Below are positions 56,901 to 64,000 of a stretch of DNA of 64,000 bases, piece by piece. The notes under the pieces were generated by a model. The model was not told where the DNA came from. It worked only from the letters and a program-made list of their open reading frames with translations, and ran no database searches. Position numbers and translations under genes: made by a program. Numbering within the stretch: position 1 is the first letter of the stretch; each line of letters opens with the position of its first letter. Source of the DNA: Antechinus flavipes (lineage: Eukaryota); contig NC_067399.1 in assembly GCF_016432865.1 (NCBI RefSeq), forward strand, positions 5,704,001-5,768,000. Direction: 5' to 3'.

Positions 56901-59900
56901 GCCGAATGGCAAATGAAGGACAGAGACCATGAAGAAGAATGATTTACAAAGCAGAACTGGCCAAATGGGGGGGAAACCCACTGAAGAAAACAACTCCTGG
57001 AAAAGTAGACGTGAACAGTGGAGAAGGAGGTACAAAACCTCACTGAAGAAAAAATTTAAAAATTAGACTTAAAACAAACGGAAACTAATGATTTTATGAG
57101 AAATCAAGAAACAAAATCAAACCAAAAGGATGAAAATCTAGAAGACAAAGTGAACTATCTCATTGGGAAAACAACTGACCTGGAAAATAGGTCTAGGAGA
57201 GAGAATTTAAAAATGATTAAGACTACCTGAGAATCGTGATCCAAAATAAGCCTAGATATTATCTTTTTAGAAAAATATAGTAATCGTTTTTTGAGTTAAG
57301 TTTTTTCTTTTTTTTTTTTCCACTTGCTGAGGCAGTTGGGGTTAAGTAACTTGCCCAGTCACACGTCTAGGAGGTGTTAAGCGTCTGAGGTCACATTTGA
57401 ACTCAGGTCCTCCTGACTTCAGGGCTGGTGTGCTGTCCACTGCGCCATCTAGCTGCCCCTAGTAATAGTTTTTTTTATTTTTCAAAGTATATGCGAAGAT
57501 AGTTTTCAACAGTCACCCTTGCAAAACCTTACGTTCTAAATGTTTGTCCCTATCTCCCCATCTCCCCCACTAGTAACTCAATATAGGTTAAATGTGTGCA
57601 ATTCTTCTAAATATATTTTCACATTTATCTTCCTGCCCAAGAAAAAATAGCTCAAGAGGGGGAAATGAGGAAGTAAAAAACCAAGCACACCAACAAAAGT
57701 AACCACAAAAAAAGGTGAAAATACTGTTCTTTGATCTACTTTCAGTCTCCATGGTACTCTGATCTAGCACAAGTCTGTTGGAACTGCCTTGAATCACCTC
57801 ATTGTTGAAAAAAGCCAAGTTAGACGGCATCTTTAAAGAAATTGTCAAGAAAACTCCCCTGATATTCTAGAACCAGAGAGGGAAATAGAAATGGGCTGGA
57901 ATCCACCCATCTCTTCTGGAAAAGAAATCCCAAAATGAAAACTTCCGGGAATAGTATAGCCAAATGGTAGAGCTCCCAGGTCAAGGAAAAAGTCCTGCAG
58001 GCAGCCCCAGAGAAACAATTCAAGTTGTGGAGCCATAGTCTGGTAACACAAGATTTAGTATCCTCTACCTTAAAGGACCCAGAGGGCTTGGAATCGAGCA
58101 TTTTGGAGGATATTTATCCTCCAATCCAAATGCTAAGATTATAATCAAGAATCCCCTATCCAGCAACATTTGCACCCTCCCCCCCCCAAAAAAAAAACTC
58201 AAGAAAAATAGCGTTAAAAAAAAAAAAAAAGTCTGCTTCAATCTCTGTTCAGAGGTCCTTCAGAATTCTATAATTCTTCAGAGGGGGAAATAAAGGATAT
58301 TCAATGAAATAGAGATTTTCAGGTATTCTCAATGAAACAACCAGAATGAAGAGAAAATTGATTTTCAGGTACAAGACTCTAGAGAAACATAAAAAGGTAA
58401 ACGGGAAAGAGAATTCGTAAGAAACTTAGTAAGTTTAAAGTGTTTACGTTCCTATATGGGATGATGCTACTTACGACTCATAAGCACTTTCTGATTATTA
58501 GGGTGGTTAGAAGGCGTATATGTAGACAGAGGGCACAGGTATGAGTTGAATAGGAAAGAATATCTAAAGAAAACACGATTTAGGGGTGAGAAAGCAATAT
58601 ACTGAAAAAGGGAAAAAGAAAGGTAGAATGGGGGAGATTTTATCACATACAAAAGGCAAGAAAAAGCTTTTGCAGTGGAGGAGGAGAAAGGTAGCACGGG
58701 AACCTTACTTGAATCAGAATTGGCTCAAAGAGGGAATAACATATACATTCGTTTGGGTGGGGAAGTCTTGTCTGAGCCTGCAGGAAAGTAGGAGGGGGAA
58801 GAATAGAAGGAGAGGATAGAAAAGGGTTCATATGGGGGAGCAAAACACTCATGAGAAGGGATGTGAAAAGAGAATAGAATAAGCAGGGAAATATGATTAG
58901 AGTAATTGTTAGAAAAAAAAAAAGTTTTTGGTGTTTTTTTGGAGCAAATAGAATAAAGATTACTCATTTTCCAAATGGTAAGTAATCAAAAGATATGAAC
59001 AGTTTTCAGATGAAGTAGTCATAGTATTTATAGCCTTATGGAGAAAAAAAATATTCTCACTATTGATTGGAGAAAAGCAAATGAAAAGAGTTCTAAAATA
59101 TTACCACAATCCCTTAGATTGGCTAATAGGACAGGAAAGGAAAATGACAAATGGTGGTGTCAAGGGAAACATGAGACACATGCACCATTCGTGGAGTTGT
59201 GAACTGATCCAGCTGTGGAACTATGAGGAGCTATAAAACCACACGTATACTTTGATCTAGCAGTGCCACTGCTGTATCCCCAGAGAGAGGAACGGAAAGG
59301 AAAAGGACGTATATGTACAAAAACACGTACAGCAGCTCGTTCTTGGGCCAAAGAATTGGATAATTGTGAGGGTGCCCATCAGTTGGGGAATGACTGAGGA
59401 AATCGTGGTCTGTGATGGCGACGAAATACTGTTGTGCTGTGAGAAATGATGAGCAGGATGCTCCCAGAAACACCTGCAGAGCCTTTAGCGGATTGATGCA
59501 GGGGGACGGGTACCGTGCACAAAGTAACAGCGAGAAGAGAATCAGCCGTCAGTGCCGTAACTTCCCAGTGATGCCATGATTCAGAACAACTGAAGGACTC
59601 GGGATGAAAAATGCTCCCCACCCCCAGAGAAAGGACTGCTGCTGTCTGAACACACATTGAAGTGGTTTTTTTTTTTTTTTAACTTATATTTCTTGAGAGT
59701 GGGTTTGGTTTTTTTGGTCCATGTTTTCTTTCACAATGTGACTTACAGAAATAGTCCGCGTACTATACATGTATTGAATTGTGTGAGGGGGGATGGGGAG
59801 AGAGAGTGAAAAATTGAGCTCAGAAGTTTTAAAAACAAATATTAAAGGGATAGCTAGATGGCTCAGTGGGTAGAGCGCTGACCCTGGAATCAGGAGGACC

Positions 59901-62900
59901 CACCCACGTTTAAATCCAGCCTCAGACACTTAACATTTACTTCATGTGTAATGTTAAGCAACTCACTTAATCCCAATTGCCTTGCACTTCTTCCCCCCCC
60001 CCCAAAAAAAAAAAGATATTAAAAATTGTGTCAAGGCGGGATAGGGAGAAATAAGATAATAAGTTTTAAAAACTTTAAAGATCATTAAAAGAAGCAGAGA
60101 GGAAACAGTCAGGAGGGAGGGAGAAGGAAGTAGTGGATGCACAGGGGCCAGGAAGAGGCTTCCTCAGCACCAGAACGAGGATGGCGTAGAAATCATGTCC
60201 CTGTATTTGTGGAGGAAGAAGCAGCAGGGAAGGGCATGGGTTTCCTGGATCAGAACTGAATGCGTGTTGATTCATCAGCTATATAAGGATCTCTTTCATG
60301 CTCAATAAAAGCAAAAATAGGCAAAGCGGTCACTTCTTTTCAATGTGCTCCTCTCAGTTCCTGCCTCCCCCTTCATCAGCAGATATTTATGACTTAAGTC
60401 CTAGGTGCTTGTTAATTTTTTTTGCACTCTGAAAAGGGAGGTAGTGTGGTGCAGTGGGCAGAGGAATGAGGCAGCTCTCGGGGCTCTGAGCTGGCCTTGA
60501 AAGGCTGAAGAAAAAGGGTCTGCCCACCTTCAGCCCAGAAGTCGTGTGCCGAGGCTGTGAGGGGAAAGGGAATGAATTCATTTGGGGCCCCCAAGTCTGC
60601 TCTTCCAGGAGACCTGACAGAGCTTCCTGTGTAAATGCAGAGACAGGGCTCCCCAGAGGTTGCCCTCGCCCTCGGCCATGCTCCCTGGAGTTGGGAACGG
60701 GGAGCAAGAGGTTCCTCCTGACCCTGAGATCTGATGTCACGGGTCAGGCCGCCACCACGCTAGCTCGGGGAGTTCTGGACCATCTTCCCTCCTTTTTTAG
60801 TCCACGTTGTGTAGATTTGGGCATTAGGATTTTTCCTCAGAGGCATCTTTTTCCTTAGGCCAGAGTCAGTGTGGCCGATCGGAAGTTTAAGGCTATTCAG
60901 GATAACTTGGAGAAGATCAGCGAGGAGGCCATCGAGCTGGAGCCCAAGTGCATTCAAGCCAAGGAGGATCTGATCCAGAAGAAGAAAGCTTACAATGATG
61001 CTGAGGTGAGGGCCAGGGCTGGGCCCGGGGGGGGCCTGCTCAGCTCCGGGACCTTGGTGACCTTCCAGATGGGCACCTCTTGGGGGATGGGCTGCTTGGG
61101 CCCTCCAGTCTCTCCTCAGAACGAGGGAGGCTCACGTGGTCACATCCACCCTCAGAATGATCGTAGGGAAAGGATCCTCCGCCCCCTGCTTTCCCTCACG
61201 GGACGCCTAATGTTTCCACATCAGGTTTTGTATATCCGCTGCCGTAATGAGTTTAAAGGGTTGGAGAAGGATGGCGAGCAGCTGAGGAACCGAATTGAGG
61301 AGCTAAAGAGGAGGTAGGGGCCTTCTTTGGTGGGACCTCGGCAGGGGGGCTTGGTTCTCCGCCCGGGGGGAGGTGCCACTCGCGGAGTTTGTCGTGGGGC
61401 CTGTCACGCTGTGTTTGGTCCCACAGTGCTAACCAGAGTTTGGAGCCAGTGCGGCAGGAAAGGCAGAAAAAAATCGCTTCATTGAATGAAAGGCTCAAGA
61501 GCTACGAGGACCAAGAAGATTTCCTGGGGCAGGAGATGGAGCGCTTCCGGCAGACTATAGAAAAAGACAAGGAAGAACGGTCCCGGATCAAGTATGGGGC
61601 TCCCCGGGGACGGACGCCCCTTCTGCTTCAGCCACTGCCCCCTGGGGTCCCCGGCGGCCTCTTCCTCTGGAGCTCACCCCAGCTCTAGAGGCCATAAGAC
61701 ATTGGGCAGATGGAACCCGAAGGGCCCTCAGACCCTGTGAGGTTGTATAGATGGGCCCCCAGACGGGTGGTCCCCGGCTCCCCTGGGGTGGCAGGGCTGG
61801 GCCGCGGGCAGGTCTCACGCTTCGTCCCCTTGGTTAGGCAAGAGGAGTCGGACGTGGTGCAGACCCTGAACACCAAGCGCAGGCACCTGCACCAGCTGAA
61901 GGAGACCAGGACCAACCGGCTCAAGCAGTTTGGCTCCCAAGTGCCGGCCCTCCTGGAAGCCATCGAGGACGCCTACCGCAAGGGCCAGTTCACCCGCAAG
62001 CCCGTGGGCCCACTGGGTAGGCCTTGGGCCGAGTCTGGGCTGGGCCCTGTGCACGGGGATGACCGAGGGGGGCGGCGGACCCTCCCCTGTATCAGCCGTG
62101 CAGAGACAACATCCTCCCTCCGTGGGGGACCCCGCTCTGGCGTCAGGGGCTCTCACAGAAGCTCCCATCCGGATCCGGTGCCCACGGACGGGGGCCCCGG
62201 CCACTGACCAGGCTGCTCTCTCTCCAGGAGCCTGTATTCGCCTGCGCGACCCTGAGCTCGCCTTGGCCATCGAGTGTTGCCTCAAGGGCCTCATTTTTGC
62301 CTTTTGCTGCCACGACTACAAGGATGAGCGGGTCCTCCAGGGACTCATGAAGAAGCTTTATCCTCCGTCCTCCTCCCGGCCCCAGATCATCGTCTCGGAG
62401 TTTCGCAACGAGGTGTATGACGTCAGCCGCAGGTGAGGCTCCTCCCCCCAGGAGGCTGGAGGTGAGCTGGTGCTCCTCGTGCAGTCCCTGACCCAGCGCC
62501 CACCTCCAGCGTCGTCGTAAGGAGGAGCCAGACTTAGTGGTTGGTCATTGTCCTTGGTGTTCAAAGAGTGCCCAGGGGCAGCGAGCTCCGGCCTCCGCCC
62601 CAGGCCCGGCCCCCAAGGTCCCTGGGAACATTGGGGGGATCATCTCTGTTCTTCAGCAAGATCTTGAGGCTGTTCTGACTCCCTCCTGCCTTGTTTTAAT
62701 TCTCCATAGAATAGTCTTTTGGGCAGATGGGCATGGGGCATTTAAGCAGCGTGGCCAGCCATAGAGCTTGAGTACTTGGTAAGGAGGGTTTCAGTGGCCA
62801 CCGCCTGACCCTGCCACATCATCTTCGCTCTTCCTGACTGTCCAAAGGAAGCAATTGGCATATTTGTGAAGCGTATAATAGGTGTTTGATAAGTGCCGCT

Positions 62901-63303
62901 TTCCTTCTCCCACCACCCATTAAACCATGAGACCCTTGAGAGCCAGGACCTGGCACCCAGTAGGTGTTTTGTCCATACTTGACTGACTGACTAGAATTAA
63001 AAGATCTGATTGGGAAGTGAGATACCCAGATCTGTCCCATGATGGGTGGGACTGGCCCCTCCCCGCAGCTGGCTGGCAGCCCTGGGTGTGTGTGGGGGGA
63101 CTTACGGCCTCTTCTATGCCCCAAAAAGGGTCTTCCCTATTCAGGGTGGGAAAGGGTCACTGAGTTTGTCGTTGTCCTCTCCTCCCAGAGCGGCTTATCA
63201 CCCGGAGTTTCCCACAGTGCTCACAGCTCTGGAGATTGACAATGCGGTGGTGGCCAATAGCCTGATTGACATGAGGAGGATAGAGACCGTGCTGCTGATC
63301 AAA
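47848..63303 (+). CDS. SMC6: SMC6 (structural maintenance of chromosomes 6), 5' partial; 15 coding exons, 622 codons in window
   Basis: Exons 47848-47988, 48377-48494, 49727-49832, 51290-51426, 52407-52468, 53228-53308, 54298-54399, 55237-55356, 55440-55538, 60859-61005, 61225-61313, 61427-61591, 61838-62016, 62228-62432, 63189-63303. All junctions GT-AG and in frame. MAKRKEENF start, Walker A GNNGSGKS, Q-loop LTQE, hinge KPVGPLG. Confidence 0.97.
48377..48494 (+). CDS. SMC6: SMC6 coding exon 2, 118 nt
   Basis: [39 protein letters not shown](S); ACAG| and |GTAAGT. Confidence 0.96.
49727..49832 (+). CDS. SMC6: SMC6 coding exon 3, 106 nt
   Basis: [34 protein letters not shown]; TCAG| and |GTGAGT. 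Confidence 0.96.
51290..51426 (+). CDS. SMC6: SMC6 coding exon 4, 137 nt
   Basis: [45 protein letters not shown]; GCAG| and |GTGAGC. Confidence 0.96.
51447..51510. repeat. ~17 bp tandem repeat x4 just after an SMC6 donor
   Basis: CCCGGCCTCCCGGAACC variants. Confidence 0.8.
52407..52468 (+). CDS. SMC6: SMC6 coding exon 5, 62 nt
   Basis: [20 protein letters not shown]; CTAG| and |GTAAC. Confidence 0.96.
53228..53308 (+). CDS. SMC6: SMC6 coding exon 6, 81 nt
   Basis: [27 protein letters not shown]; CCAG| and |GTAAG. Confidence 0.96.
54298..54399 (+). CDS. SMC6: SMC6 coding exon 7, 102 nt
   Basis: [34 protein letters not shown]; GCAG| and |GTAGGT. Confidence 0.96.
55237..55356 (+). CDS. SMC6: SMC6 coding exon 8, 120 nt
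   Basis: [40 protein letters not shown]; GCAG| and |GTAGGC. Confidence 0.96.
55440..55538 (+). CDS. SMC6: SMC6 coding exon 9, 99 nt
   Basis: [33 protein letters not shown]; GTAG| and |GTGAGC. Confidence 0.9.
57293..57459 (-). mobile_element. WSINE1-like tRNA SINE with 15 bp TSD
   Basis: Reverse strand GGGGCAGCTAGATGGCGCAGTGG...GAGTTCAAAT...poly(A); TSD TAGTAAT(C/A)GTTTTTT at 57278-57292 and 57460-57474. Confidence 0.9.
57475..57830 (-). mobile_element. L1 3' UTR fragment inserted antisense in the ORF1 remnant
   Basis: T-rich start, then TTTTCAACAGTCACCCTTGCAAAACC...CTCATTGTTGAAAAAAGCCA, similar to the piece at ~17.4-17.5 kb. Confidence 0.7.
59847..60015 (+). mobile_element. WSINE-like tRNA SINE with ATATTAAA TSD
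   Basis: GGGATAGCTAGATGGCTCAGTGG A box, CAGACACTTAACA core, A tail; ATATTAAA at 59839-59846 and 60016-60023. Confidence 0.8.
60859..61005 (+). CDS. SMC6: SMC6 coding exon 10, 147 nt
   Basis: [23 protein letters not shown]...KKKAYNDAE; TTAG| and |GTGAGG. Confidence 0.95.
61225..61313 (+). CDS. SMC6: SMC6 coding exon 11, 89 nt
   Basis: [29 protein letters not shown]; TCAG| and |GTAGG. Confidence 0.95.
61427..61591 (+). CDS. SMC6: SMC6 coding exon 12, 165 nt
   Basis: [19 protein letters not shown]...[11 protein letters not shown]; ACAG| and |GTATGG. Confidence 0.95.
61838..62016 (+). CDS. SMC6: SMC6 coding exon 13, 179 nt
   Basis: [10 protein letters not shown]...[34 protein letters not shown]; TTAG| and |GTAGGC. 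Confidence 0.96.
62228..62432 (+). CDS. SMC6: SMC6 coding exon 14, 205 nt (hinge)
   Basis: [20 protein letters not shown]...[18 protein letters not shown]; CCAG| and |GTGAGG. Confidence 0.96.
63189..63303 (+). CDS. SMC6: SMC6 coding exon 15, 115 nt
   Basis: [38 protein letters not shown]; CCAG| and |GTAAGA. Confidence 0.96.
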
Positions 63304-63784
63304 GTAAGACCCCTGGGGAGGAGGGGGGGGGAGTGACGAGGGGTGTGGGTCTGTTTGATTTGGGCTCGCTGGAGCAAGTCCAAGGCGAGTGGAGATGGTG
63401 GCCGAGAACCCTCTCCCCTTCGACCACCAGCAGAACTGTGGCCCGCGACCCAAGGCGAGTCATTCTTCCCGGGACCAGAGTGAGTTTCCCAGGTGTCCTC
63501 GATCCGAGGTTCTCTAGCTGCCCCGGATCGCAAAATCATCGTTTTGATCTACTACTCTGCTTTCCTTACTGATGTTTTATTTAAAAGTTTTGCATCCATA
63601 TTCACTGGGGGTATTGTTCTCAACGTTTCTCTGGTTCGATATTAACACCATATTTTTCTTGTGGAGGAAGTTGGTAAAGATAGTCTTCTAATTTTTTTCA
63701 AACAGCTTATGGAATACTGGAGTTGCTTTTTCAGAGCTCATTTATGGCTTTTCATCTGGAATGGTCAGAGGAAAGGACAACCCC

Positions 63785-63787
<3 letters not shown>

Positions 63788-63830
<43 letters not shown>
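63788..63830. repeat. (CA)n microsatellite
   Basis: Read directly. Confidence 0.98.
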
Positions 63831-63837
<7 letters not shown>

Positions 63838-64000
63838 AGTTGTGCAGAAATGTTTTACCTCAGGAAAATCAGAGGGCATAGGGATAAAGTGAAGTAGTGA
63901 AAAGAGGAAATTAGCACCAAGAAAACCAAACTCTGAAGGGAGGGTTGTGAGCCTGGGAGGGTGAGGAAGTGAGAAAAGCCAGCATGAGAACGGAAGAACC

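Larger units (their letters stand above)
56440..59846 (+). mobile_element. Decayed L1/HAL1-like element: 5' UTR, ORF1 remnant, spacer, ORF2 3' tail only
   Basis: ORF1 remnants [15 protein letters not shown] and, after the nested inserts, ...PDILEPE(G)...VKEKVLQAA...; ORF2 C-terminal and 3' UTR text from ~58955. No endonuclease or RT region recognised in between. Confidence 0.75.

Noticed and set aside
46469-60015. tRNA-like A and B boxes
   Set aside because: They belong to tRNA-derived SINE heads with core sequence and A tails; no cloverleaf is present.

Overview
This is vertebrate genomic DNA, almost certainly marsupial. The WSINE1-like and MAR1-like SINEs and the L1 3' ends resemble dasyuromorph repeats (inference, not searched). 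It contains the conserved MSGN1-GEN1-SMC6 block. MSGN1 is a single coding exon on the minus strand (639-1151, 170 aa). GEN1 is complete and intact on the minus strand (13 coding exons, 37355 to 21955, 2604 nt, 867 aa). SMC6 has its first 15 coding exons on the plus strand (47848-63303, 622 codons) and continues beyond the window. GEN1 and SMC6 share a head-to-head CpG-island promoter at about 42.7-43.3 kb. Every coding-exon junction was read by hand and is GT-AG, and the reading frames join without stops. The locus is unusually GC- and CpG-rich and full of minisatellites, consistent with GC-biased gene conversion. Main observations: (1) an 11-copy 75-88 bp array, each unit carrying an intact CTCF-like core, sits just inside SMC6, and a ~38-copy 51 bp VNTR sits on the GEN1 side, so the shared promoter is bracketed by two tandem arrays; (2) an ~88 bp duplication copies the GEN1 exon 2 splice donor and would act as a frameshifting poison site; (3) an L1 insertion shows the 3'-transduction signature; (4) an ORF1-only HAL1-like element carries nested insertions; (5) the GEN1 nuclear export signal may be degenerate. 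Most long ORFs in the supplied track are artefacts of GC content, repeats or N-gaps. Comparisons to human proteins are from memory and need checking.
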